Part shown: positions 47,410-56,515 of the stretch, one piece after another | Position numbering within the stretch: position 1 is the first letter of the stretch | Layout: each line of letters begins with the position of its first letter | Source: an uncultured Gammaproteobacteria bacterium | GTDB taxonomy: Bacteria; Patescibacteriota; Microgenomatia; JALYQM01 | Direction of reading: 5' to 3' | Assembly (NCBI GenBank): GCA_964403585.1 | Contig: CAYOFQ010000002.1 | Span: forward strand, 5,667 to 69,666 | DNA: 64,000 nt | Translations under genes and position numbers: made by a program | Notes under the pieces: generated by a model | What the model saw: only the letters and a program-made list of their open reading frames with translations | Databases searched by the model: none | Told to the model about the DNA's origin: nothing

Positions 47410-49164
47410 TTACCTGATCCCTACCCTTTCACGCACAAATAACTTTCTAAAACTATGATGTTCTTTAATATCCGGCAGCACGACAATAATCTCTGCATTG
47501 ACATCAAGATAGTCACCATTCGAAAAACCGTATTCACCTGATCGCGAGGGAGGCAAAGCTATCGGAGCAAGCAGTTGAATCCCTGCAAATGTTCGCTCAT
47601 GAAGAAATTGACTCCGGAACCAGGCACATGGATTCCGCTCTATACTGGAAAGCTGATCGGATTGACGTAAGTTTGACAACACAACCCCTGCGCCCGGTTT
47701 ATAAAGGAGCAAATTAGCCGTTACCCGGTACCGGTCTAAGTCAGTGTTAACCAGCCTATGGACAAGTACCGAAAAGTCTTTTTCCTCTTTAATCTGTGAA
47801 CGATACCGGATTCCATCTTTTGTAGCGCGTAAATAGTCAGGCAGTGAGTACAAAGCTGCCGGATCAAATAAAGACTTAAATGCCATCAAATAATGAGTAG
47901 CATTCGCATCAATCATCCCCTCACCTTGTACTAAACGATCAAGATTAATATCAAAGTCCGTTAAGTGCGCCTGCACACGCAGAGCGGCCTCTGGACCAAG
48001 AAGATCATGTAAATATGCATAGCGGGGATTCTCAGGATCGGCAAGAAAACCCGCCGCTAATTGGGCATAGTATTCAACCTGTTGCCGATACGGTTCTCGC
48101 CGTAAAAAAACTCGCGTTCCTGACTTTACTGAAGCATCAATCTGCCCTTTGCTCACCATATCCAACCCTGCATCAACCAATAGCAGTCTAAGGGAACTTT
48201 CCTTCCGCGCCGGATGAAGCATTTTCATTATCCGGATCTTGCGCTCCGTATCATAAACTACCCGATCTTCTTTTGTGCTGGCAACACGACTGCGCAATAC
48301 TTCCAGACTATACCTGTCATTAAGCACCGCCAGTAACGAAGAGAACCGGGTTAAATCATTCTTGTTGTCCCCCGGACCAAACCATCCGCCTTCTTCCAGC
48401 ACTGCGTCCTCTGAAAGTTCGAGCGACTGAATTATCTTTCCTAAACCGTGAAAGTTAGAATACACCAGCTGATGATACTCATGTGAGAATCTCTGTGTGT
48501 TCAATTCAGGATTACATACAATTGCCAGGTTAAGCATTAACGACTGCACTAATGCCGGATTATATTCAAAATCCCGCTGCACATACTCCTCGTCTCCACT
48601 AAGTAAGGCAAAATGTAATCGAGCTAAGCTAAAGAGATTATGGCAGGTATCAAAGAATATATACCGGTCCTGATCGGTTTTGAAGTTAAGACTGCTTAAA
48701 AAAGCTTCGGTAACCGGAGAGGTATACAGCATTCCCCGCAAAAACCGTTGAAAATGGTAATCCTCAGTCTCCACCAGCGGAAGTACTCCCGGCTTAATGG
48801 CCAATTCACGGGTAGCCAACAGACACGTCGCTTCGATCTCCCGTGAATGATAATATACCGGCTGAGCATCAGAAGTTTGCCGAGCGATCCGCTCAGCCAT
48901 TTGAAAGATATGTAGCCCTACCCCAGAATAATGATACAAACGGGCCAGCTGTGCCCGATCCTCAGGAAGCCCGATTAAATCTGCTAGATGTTCACAAAAT
49001 TCACTCCAGCGCGGGTCGGCATCCCTGCGCAATAGCACATCAAGCTGAGCCGGAGATTCTGTATGAATACGTTTTAACCGTACATGTGGAGCCAGTATCC
49101 CGGCTGCTATCTCTCGAGCATGAGCTTCAATATTCGAATAAGTGAGATCTTCCCCTGAACACAT
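47410..49164 (-). CDS. Large hypothetical protein (584 aa)
   Basis: Long ORF separated from the regulator gene by 3 nt. No recognised domain. Confidence 0.5.
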   Translation of the reverse strand: MCSGEDLTYSNIEAHAREIAAGILAPHVRLKRIHTESPAQLDVLLRRDADPRWSEFCEHLADLIGLPEDRAQLARLYHYSGVGLHIFQMAERIARQTSDAQPVYYHSREIEATCLLATRELAIKPGVLPLVETEDYHFQRFLRGMLYTSPVTEAFLSSLNFKTDQDRYIFFDTCHNLFSLARLHFALLSGDEEYVQRDFEYNPALVQSLMLNLAIVCNPELNTQRFSHEYHQLVYSNFHGLGKIIQSLELSEDAVLEEGGWFGPGDNKNDLTRFSSLLAVLNDRYSLEVLRSRVASTKEDRVVYDTERKIRIMKMLHPARKESSLRLLLVDAGLDMVSKGQIDASVKSGTRVFLRREPYRQQVEYYAQLAAGFLADPENPRYAYLHDLLGPEAALRVQAHLTDFDINLDRLVQGEGMIDANATHYLMAFKSLFDPAALYSLPDYLRATKDGIRYRSQIKEEKDFSVLVHRLVNTDLDRYRVTANLLLYKPGAGVVLSNLRQSDQLSSIERNPCAWFRSQFLHERTFAGIQLLAPIALPPSRSGEYGFSNGDYLDVNAEIIVVLPDIKEHHSFRKLFVRERVGIR

Positions 49165-49212
49165 AAGGCCTACAATAAAAATTATAGGCCATTATACCAC
49201 AAAAAGGTATTA

Positions 49213-50391
49213 TTAGGCTTGGAACTGTCCACCACGAACTGCAGTTATGCTGCCATTCTGGTGCTCTGTTACAGCGACAACCGGAATTATCCCATCAGGA
49301 AGAGTTCCATTCTTCTGCAAAGTTTTTGCTAACGCAGGCATTGTCAGTCCGGCTTGCTTTCCTGCTTTAGCAGTCGCAGCCAAAACAAATTCTGACTCTG
49401 TTAAGGCAGAAGAATCCGCCTGGACACCGGCAAGAACAGCCCGCAACCCTTCCAATCCGCTTGCATAACGCATCTCGGCAACTTGCGGATATAAGGGGAA
49501 CAGTGGCTGACCATCCTGATCAGGCACAACAACTTTTACAGTATCGTCAGAAGTTAATCCTTCTTTAGTATATTGTGCTACCAGCAATTCACCATGATCA
49601 CCCGGGAGAAATTCAATATCAACATTTTTACCTGCCCACTTAGCACGGACAATAGCTTTAACAACATCTCCTACTAATCCCTGCCGGGCATCATATTCTC
49701 CGCTGCGGGAGTTCATTTGAGCCAGATGACCACACCCTAAGTATTTAACCATTAAGTCAAGCACGGCATCCTGTGTTGCTCGTGTATCGCTAACACCCAT
49801 CTCATCCAAAACACGCGCAGGATCGTTAATAAGTTCAACTATCCATTGATCTGCATCAACCTGTGCAGCGCGGGCAACCACCGCTTCCGGTAAATCTTCT
49901 ACCGCAGCTAAATTATGCGCCATTTTCTGCGCAGCATGCATATCTGAATGGAGATACACACCGCCATTCTGCTCTATATCACCATCCACTACTTTCTGGA
50001 CCATCTCGGGAGTGAACACAGTACCGGTTAGATCTTCAGCAGTGCTGATCTTTACTGCAATAATACCTGCATCGCCGGCAGGAACATTAACACTCTCTTT
50101 TTTACGACGCCCGTCAATACAGCAAATTTCTGCAATCTCAGCTACTTTCTGTTCCGCAGCAGCTCTAAATCTATCCTCTGCAATTGCTTCGGGATTAGTC
50201 TCTATCTCACGTTGTGTAGATTGTTCTTGCATGACACCTCCTTGTCCTCCAATAGACTCACTACGGCCATCAGTTAATCCGACAACCCGCCGAGGCGGAA
50301 TTGGCCCTTGGTGCCCTCGCTGATCGTTTCCGGAATCGGGAGCAAATAAGCGCTGGTCCATCTCAATAGGCAAATAAATTTCTCTCGGCAT
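49213..50391 (-). CDS. Hypothetical protein (392 aa, moderately GC-rich)
   Basis: SD AAGGAG 8 nt before the ATG. Motifs CCIDGR, HSDMHAAQKMAH and GCGHLAQM are noted, but no family could be assigned. Confidence 0.5.
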   Translation of the reverse strand: MPREIYLPIEMDQRLFAPDSGNDQRGHQGPIPPRRVVGLTDGRSESIGGQGGVMQEQSTQREIETNPEAIAEDRFRAAAEQKVAEIAEICCIDGRRKKESVNVPAGDAGIIAVKISTAEDLTGTVFTPEMVQKVVDGDIEQNGGVYLHSDMHAAQKMAHNLAAVEDLPEAVVARAAQVDADQWIVELINDPARVLDEMGVSDTRATQDAVLDLMVKYLGCGHLAQMNSRSGEYDARQGLVGDVVKAIVRAKWAGKNVDIEFLPGDHGELLVAQYTKEGLTSDDTVKVVVPDQDGQPLFPLYPQVAEMRYASGLEGLRAVLAGVQADSSALTESEFVLAATAKAGKQAGLTMPALAKTLQKNGTLPDGIIPVVAVTEHQNGSITAVRGGQFQA

Positions 50392-50490
50392 AAGTATACT
50401 CCTTAAAAAACAAAAATATCAGAATCTGACAAAATCCTGATAATCTTGACCGAATATACTCCTTAAGCCTGATATTTACAAGCGACCGTT

Positions 50491-51198
50491 TTGAACACCT
50501 CCCCTTTTGCTATAATCAAACCAATGCTACTCGACCTACTCTTCCCCAAGCAGTGCCTCTCCTGTAATAAATACGGTTCCTACATCTGTGATAACTGTGC
50601 GGCCAAAATAACCCGTCATAATCAAACCTGCATTGTCTGTTATCACTACTCACCATTCGGTAAAACCCACCCTGAATGCCAAAAACACACGCCACTTAAT
50701 GGCGCCATCCTGACAACCGAATATAAGGAACTGACACGCCATGCCCTCCACCAGATAAAATACAAACTAAACTACGATATCCTGAGAGAGCTCTTACAAA
50801 AAACACTCGACTCAAAAAAGATAGCGCAATGCCTAATTCAGGAAGAAATAGAGCTCTGCACCGAAGTACCTATGCATCCTTATAAACAGAATCAGCGGGG
50901 ATTCAATCAGGCATTGCTCATGGCAAAATGGCTCGCCGGACATTACTCCATTTCCTACCGGTCGCTGCTAATCAAGAAACACAACACCCTGCCACAAATG
51001 AAACTATCCCGTGAAGAACGGATCTTCAACATCAAAAATGCATTTTTAGTAAAAGATCCTTCCCTGATAAACGGCAGAAACATACTATTTGTCGATGATG
51101 TCACAACGACCGCCTCAACACTCGAAGAGTGTGCTTCCATCGCAAAAAAAGCAGGAGCAGGAAAAGTTTGGGCCATCGTCATAGCCGCTCGGCGATAA
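50491..51198 (+). CDS. comF: ComF-family protein (zinc ribbon plus phosphoribosyltransferase domain)
   Basis: 235 aa. N-terminal CLSCNKYGSYICDNC. C-terminal PRTase signature ILFVDDVTTTASTLEECA. Confidence 0.7.
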   Translation: MNTSPFAIIKPMLLDLLFPKQCLSCNKYGSYICDNCAAKITRHNQTCIVCYHYSPFGKTHPECQKHTPLNGAILTTEYKELTRHALHQIKYKLNYDILRELLQKTLDSKKIAQCLIQEEIELCTEVPMHPYKQNQRGFNQALLMAKWLAGHYSISYRSLLIKKHNTLPQMKLSREERIFNIKNAFLVKDPSLINGRNILFVDDVTTTASTLEECASIAKKAGAGKVWAIVIAARR

Positions 51199-51231
51199 AT
51201 ATACATTTGACATTCAATCAAAAAGTGATCT

Positions 51232-52956
51232 ATGCTAATTACATCTATGAAATCTGCCCACCTCAAAGTAATTACCATAGCATTTTTAGTAACCGTCGGA
51301 ACCTGGGTAGCATTAATGGGCGCACGCGGTGCCAACCAGGTAGCCTTGCATGAAGTAAATAAACCTTCCATTATTGGAGCAGAACCCCAGATTAACGTAG
51401 CTGCAAAAATGGGTCCGCTCGTACCGAATCCCCGCCAGGAAACAGACGACCCGGCTATCTGGATCCACCCTACTAATCCCAGCAAAAGCTTCATGATTCT
51501 TTCAGATAAATATAAAGGAATGTTTGTCTTTGATTTTAATGGAAATCAAATTCAACAATTACAAGCTACAGATTGGAATTTATCCGGCAGAGTAAATAAC
51601 ATCGATCTGCGCAAAGGCTTTAAACTCGGCAATGAAACTGTTGATGTAGTCGCCGGAAATTTCCGCGATGCCGGTAAATTGGGTATGGCTAAAGTAAATC
51701 CGAATTGGGGCGGAACGGTAAAACCATTAGAAGTAATCCCGGGCACTCCAACCATTTCCAGTGCAAGTTATGGATTTACTCTATATAAGCGCAAATCCGA
51801 CGGCCAACTGTTTATGTTTGATCAACCTAAATCAAGCGCACCTATAAAGCAATGGAAAATTGACGGAAGCTCTGGAACAATTACAACGACCTTTGTGAGA
51901 GATGTAGCAACAATGGGAGTTGCCGAAGGATACGTCGCCGACGATGATGCCGGATTAGTATATTTCACTGAAGAAGGCACCGGCATTCATAAATATAATG
52001 CCGATCCGGATAATCCGGTTAAAACTCGCTTGAATCTTTTCGCTAACGGTTCAGATACCAAACCGGATCGCGAAGGGTTAACACTCTATGCCTGTAACGA
52101 CGGAACCGGTTACTTAATCCTCTCCAACCAGGGATACAGCAACTTTAAAGTATACAACCGTCAGGGCAATAATGAGCTGGTTAAAACTTTTACTGCAGAT
52201 AAATCCAAAGGCACCGATGGCTTGGATGTTACTGCCTATGCAGCACCCGGTTTCCCGAACGGATTTGCCATAATCCAAAACGATGCCTCTACAGCCGGCG
52301 GAGCGACCACAATGAGTTATTATGTCTATGATTGGGCATCAATCGCACAGTCGGATATGAAAATCTGCCCGAACGGTGGCGGTGGTGGACCAACTATTAA
52401 CCCGACACCGACTAACAACCCTACCCCAACCATCCATCCTACTCTTACAGCTAATCCAACCCCAACAGAAGACCCGTTTACACTCTGCGACAAAAACGCC
52501 TATTCCATCAACAATCCGGCCGGATGGAATTTCACCGAAGAGTGCTTACAAAGAGATAGTGTTATCTATCAAAACGATAACCGCTTTACCTTCTTCGGAG
52601 TACCAACAGACTACAATGAAATATCATATATAAAAACACCTAACAATGTCATCAAAGACAGCACAACCCTTAGCTGGTCAATTAATCTAACCAAAACTGC
52701 CGACGTCTACGTGTTCTACCGAAAAATCCCCGGCCAAACAGTACCGTCCTGGCTATCAACATACACCAAAGTAACCCCTGCTGGATACGCAGATCTACCG
52801 CAGCATATCTTAAGAAAAAATGAGTTAGGCTTAATTGGCGTATATGATATTTACAGGAAACGCTCAACACCCGGTAACGTCAGCTTCGGAGCAGCGTCAA
52901 CGTCCTCGGTAAACGCTTACTCCATGTACATCACAGCGATAAAAACCAATATCTAA
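51232..52956 (+). CDS. Beta-propeller phytase (3-phytase) with C-terminal extra domain
   Basis: 574 aa. Signal peptide. BPP motifs DDPAIWIHP, EGYVADDDAGLVYFTEE, GIHKY and REGLTLY. Pro/Thr linker, then an about 140-aa C-terminal domain. Confidence 0.75.
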   Translation: MLITSMKSAHLKVITIAFLVTVGTWVALMGARGANQVALHEVNKPSIIGAEPQINVAAKMGPLVPNPRQETDDPAIWIHPTNPSKSFMILSDKYKGMFVFDFNGNQIQQLQATDWNLSGRVNNIDLRKGFKLGNETVDVVAGNFRDAGKLGMAKVNPNWGGTVKPLEVIPGTPTISSASYGFTLYKRKSDGQLFMFDQPKSSAPIKQWKIDGSSGTITTTFVRDVATMGVAEGYVADDDAGLVYFTEEGTGIHKYNADPDNPVKTRLNLFANGSDTKPDREGLTLYACNDGTGYLILSNQGYSNFKVYNRQGNNELVKTFTADKSKGTDGLDVTAYAAPGFPNGFAIIQNDASTAGGATTMSYYVYDWASIAQSDMKICPNGGGGGPTINPTPTNNPTPTIHPTLTANPTPTEDPFTLCDKNAYSINNPAGWNFTEECLQRDSVIYQNDNRFTFFGVPTDYNEISYIKTPNNVIKDSTTLSWSINLTKTADVYVFYRKIPGQTVPSWLSTYTKVTPAGYADLPQHILRKNELGLIGVYDIYRKRSTPGNVSFGAASTSSVNAYSMYITAIKTNI

Positions 52957-52959
52957 AAA

Positions 52960-52986
52960 AGTCCCAACAACTGTTGGGACTTAATT
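52960..52986 (+). terminator. Intrinsic terminator aGTCCCAACaactGTTGGGACttaatt
   Basis: 8-bp GC-rich stem followed by a T-rich tract, 4 nt after the phytase stop. Confidence 0.5.
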
Positions 52987-53111
52987 GTGGACATCCATGA
53001 CGAAAGTAGCCGACAATGACGAAGTGGAGAATGAATTAGAGAATATAAATCAACTCAATAATAATTCCAACAAAAGATGAATAAACGATAGTAGTGTAGT
53101 AAAATCAAGCA

Positions 53112-54005
53112 ATGTCACACATAACAAAAACCTTAAGAACAGGAGAATGGATTCATATTGAAAATCCAGACGCAAAAGACATAACCTTTCTACATACACA
53201 ATTCCCTTTTATTCATTCAGTAAACTTAGAAGATATACAAGAATCTGTTATTCGTTCCAAACTTGATACCTATCATGACCATATATTCGTATCTTTAGCA
53301 GTTCCCATAGACTATACACCAGGCACAAGATTAGAATACCTTGAGTTAACAATAATTTTTAATAAAGATATAATCATTACAGTAACCAACTCAAAAAAAA
53401 ACACCTCCAGACTATTCGAAGATATCTATAAACCCCAAGAAAATCCAGCAATAAGTGCATATGAGTTAAGTAGAAGACTTTACGCAAAATCAAGTAACGT
53501 TATCGCTCACATGGGCAAAGCTGTAGCCGATATTGATTCTGATATTCTTAACACACGCTCAACTACTGTCATTAGAAAAATATCAATATTACAAAGAAAT
53601 CTTATATATTTTGCAACCACTTTAGATGCAGCCTTACCTATATTCGAAAAACTTGAAAACACAACACATTCATTTCTCCAAGAACAAATAAGCGATTATT
53701 GGGGAGACATTATTGATACACTCTACGAACAAAGAGATCTTCTAGACGATTATTACAATATTTTGAAGGAATTATCTAATTCCCATCAAATTATTCTAGA
53801 CTACCATACTAATCACGTTATTCATATTCTAACGATTATCTCAGTTATATTTTTACCCTTGAATTTAATTGCAGGTATTTACGGTATGAATTTTGATTTT
53901 TTGCCTGGTACACACTATCCATATGGGTTCACTTTCACTATTCTAAGCATGGTTTTAATTACAGTTATTACTTTTATTGTAATCAAATACAAGAAATGGT
54001 TATAA
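53112..54005 (+). CDS. corA: CorA-family Mg2+/Co2+ transporter
   Basis: 297 aa. Two C-terminal TM helices with YGMNF (GMN motif). Confidence 0.8.
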   Translation: MSHITKTLRTGEWIHIENPDAKDITFLHTQFPFIHSVNLEDIQESVIRSKLDTYHDHIFVSLAVPIDYTPGTRLEYLELTIIFNKDIIITVTNSKKNTSRLFEDIYKPQENPAISAYELSRRLYAKSSNVIAHMGKAVADIDSDILNTRSTTVIRKISILQRNLIYFATTLDAALPIFEKLENTTHSFLQEQISDYWGDIIDTLYEQRDLLDDYYNILKELSNSHQIILDYHTNHVIHILTIISVIFLPLNLIAGIYGMNFDFLPGTHYPYGFTFTILSMVLITVITFIVIKYKKWL

Positions 54006-54133
54006 CTGAAAGGTCGGTGGAGCAAGTGCGTAACCTGCATAATGTGATAAAGGCAGCCGCAACGCTCACACAATGCACATCAAACAACATAGCGTTCTGT
54101 GTGAGTATACTGCTTTCCCCTCAATTTTGTAGG

Positions 54134-54733
54134 CTATGGTTGTATGAAAGATGATGTCGAGAGAAGCAACATTATCCCTATGGTATTAAGTAAAAACGAT
54201 AAGACTATAAATTTGTACGTTCCCATTTTAGATATACCCATCAAACTAATCCCGATCTCATCAGGCAAAGGTGAAGCAATAATGAAAGCTCCAAGTACAG
54301 GTAATGTCCACATAAAATATTTTGTGTGCAGCACTCGATTACAGTAGGCACCTCCTAGTTTGTAATAAAAAAATTTAAGCTCATCAATGATGCTGTATTT
54401 GATGAAATGAAATATTGTAAGATCGCCAACAACCGCACCCACTCCAGCAATGATTGCAAGGATATAAAAAGGTAACTTTTCAGCAAGTACGAACAGAATT
54501 ACTGCACCAGTAGCAACGGTGAACGTAGATACAAATAATATACCCGCAATAAATGCTCCAATATAACCAAGCTCACCTAAACTAAGCAAAAACATGTGAA
54601 ATATTTCCAGGCGAGAGATAACAACAGCAACGATAACGCTGAGTGCAAAAATTGCCAAGTTCCGATAGTTAATACTCGTTTTTTTCAACTTTATTTTACG
54701 CATCCATATGATTAGTATATGACTAAGTTGCAC
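54134..54733 (-). CDS. Polytopic membrane protein, unknown function
   Basis: 199 aa with about 5 TM helices. Confidence 0.45.
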   Translation of the reverse strand: MQLSHILIIWMRKIKLKKTSINYRNLAIFALSVIVAVVISRLEIFHMFLLSLGELGYIGAFIAGILFVSTFTVATGAVILFVLAEKLPFYILAIIAGVGAVVGDLTIFHFIKYSIIDELKFFYYKLGGAYCNRVLHTKYFMWTLPVLGAFIIASPLPDEIGISLMGISKMGTYKFIVLSFLLNTIGIMLLLSTSSFIQP

Positions 54734-54998
54734 ATAAATTCACTAGTCAACCTAAAATTCAAACAGATCACGCACCTCAACACCCAATCGCACAGCAAGC
54801 TTTATCAAATACCACACCGTTGTATTCACATATCCATTTTCAATTTTAGCCGGGACCGAAGTGAAAAGTATTATCTTCTCTCAATAATCATTTACAGATG
54901 TGGAAAAGTTACCGGTCTACAAGACAAACCATTTATGACAAAAAATCAGGGGTTGGAACCAGTACTTTATCCAGTCCTATTAAGGTTTTTGATGCTTT

Positions 54999-55021
54999 AA
55001 AAACATCAAAAGAAAATGATG
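54999..55021 (-). terminator. Intrinsic terminator immediately 3' of ssrA (CAUCA-uuuucuuu-UGAUG-UUUUU)
   Basis: 5-bp stem plus a U5 run on the minus strand. A second overlapping hairpin gives it bidirectional character. Confidence 0.5.
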
Positions 55022-55455
55022 TGGAGATGCCGATCTATGAAATCGGGTCTGGAATCTGTAATTAAAAACATCTACATAGCATAGTCGGTACTTATATCTC
55101 GTACCACAACGATCCTACCGACAGGAGAAGTGATACAAAGGTCAAAGTCTTAAAGGATTACAGCGACCACCCCGAATCCTCGCATACAATCTTTGTTTAC
55201 GCCCTACTCCGCTCGATTGTAAAATCAGAATAGAACGTCCATTGTTTAGCTAAAGAAAAGTTTAGCCAAATGCAGGATAGCTAACGCCTGCTACAGCGTT
55301 ACCCAAGCCGAAGTTTGGGAACTTTGCAGCGATTTTGTCAGCTATTGATGTAGAAGAATCTGCATCTATATTTTAGTCCCGTTTTTACGACTCTTGAGAC
55401 CATCGTCGGCTATGCAGTTTTTAAAGAGCACATCCCATCGAAACAACACATCCCC
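55022..55455 (-). ncRNA. ssrA: tmRNA (SsrA)
   Basis: 5' end GGGGAUGUGUUGUUUCGAUGGGAUG matches the canonical GGGGcUGauucuggaUUCGAcGGGAu. 3' end ...CCGAU-UUCAUAG-AUCGG-CAUCUCC-A forms a T-arm and an acceptor strand pairing with the 5' GGGGAUG. A candidate tag ORF begins after the UAG at ...AAUAGCUGAC... and ends at the UAA inside hairpin GCUAAAcuuuucUUUAGC. It is divergent from smpB. Confidence 0.6.
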
Positions 55456-55910
55456 ATGAGATTTTATGTTAAGACTAGTGCTTAACAAGACTGAATTATA
55501 ACACATTTTAAGCCATTTTTCCAGTAAAATAAACCTGCCAAACCGCTAATAGCAGAGCAAAGCTTTAAACGCAAGCAGAGCGAAGCCTTAATCGTATCAC
55601 TGGCAAGCTCGACAAGAAGGGTATAATTACCCTGTTGACATACATACACTAATGATATAACATATAAATATACTTACAGTATAACAGTCATCACTCGCTG
55701 TAAGTGTTCCTTAAAAATTCCTTTTCTGATTTCGTCGCAGACCCCGGGATCATATAAAAAGGGCACAATACATGTCCTGTCAGTATCTCATTATAGGTGC
55801 CGCTAAATTGGATAAGGAATTTATGAATAAACCCGTCTTTGAAACATAAGGCGGGTTTATTTTTATGCAAAGCCTTTCTCCCTTTACCCCTACACTGGTA
55901 TAATACGCTC

Positions 55911-56354
55911 ATGAAATCACTCGTCTACAACAAACGAGCCAAATTCGACTATTTTCTGGAAGACAAATACGAGGCAGGTATGGTACTTACCGGAGGAGAA
56001 GTCAAATCGATCCGGGAAGGCCGTGCAAGCCTCCAGGATAGCTTTGTGCGGGTTAAAAATGGTGAGGCTTACCTATTGAATGCCTTTATTAATCCCTACA
56101 GCTTCGCCGATAACAGAAACCTCGATCCACGCCGGGAACGCAAACTGTTACTCCATAAAAAACAAATCAACGAACTGATGGCTAAAAGTAATGGCAAAAA
56201 TACCACCATAGTTCCCGTTTCTTTCTACAACAAGAACAACACCATTAAAGTAGAGATCGCCATTGGTAAAGGTAAGAAACAATACGATAAACGCGCCGCT
56301 ATCAAGAAACGCGACTTAGATAAAAAAATCCAGCAGGAAATGAGGATTAGATAG
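55911..56354 (+). CDS. smpB: SsrA-binding protein SmpB
   Basis: The track ORF starts at 55839. The likely start is MKSLVYNKRAKFDYFLEDKYEAGMVLTGGEVKS at 55911, with TATAAT 8 nt upstream (leaderless). C-terminal basic tail KKQYDKRAAIKKRDLDKK. Confidence 0.9.
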   Translation: MKSLVYNKRAKFDYFLEDKYEAGMVLTGGEVKSIREGRASLQDSFVRVKNGEAYLLNAFINPYSFADNRNLDPRRERKLLLHKKQINELMAKSNGKNTTIVPVSFYNKNNTIKVEIAIGKGKKQYDKRAAIKKRDLDKKIQQEMRIR

Positions 56355-56515
56355 CCACGCGAAGCTTACCATTTCATTTTATGAAGCCGAACTTCCGCCC
56401 TGGGGAACGTTTATGGCTAAAGAAAAGATCGTGGTGCGAAGGGCATTGAGAAAGAGCAACTGGAGCATGTGAGGCCATTAAAACGAAATGGTAAGCGAAG
56501 TGACAAAGAAGTTTA

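Noticed and set aside
49213-50391. Beta-carbonic anhydrase assignment from CCIDGR
   Set aside because: The second zinc-ligand motif (HxxCG) is absent. GCGH is in the wrong order, so the CxDxR match is probably fortuitous.
54734-55838. 1.1-kb ORF-free region as a possible pseudogene or CRISPR leader
   Set aside because: It is accounted for by the tmRNA gene (55022-55455), its terminator and the smpB promoter. No direct repeat array is present. No CRISPR repeats were seen anywhere in the window.
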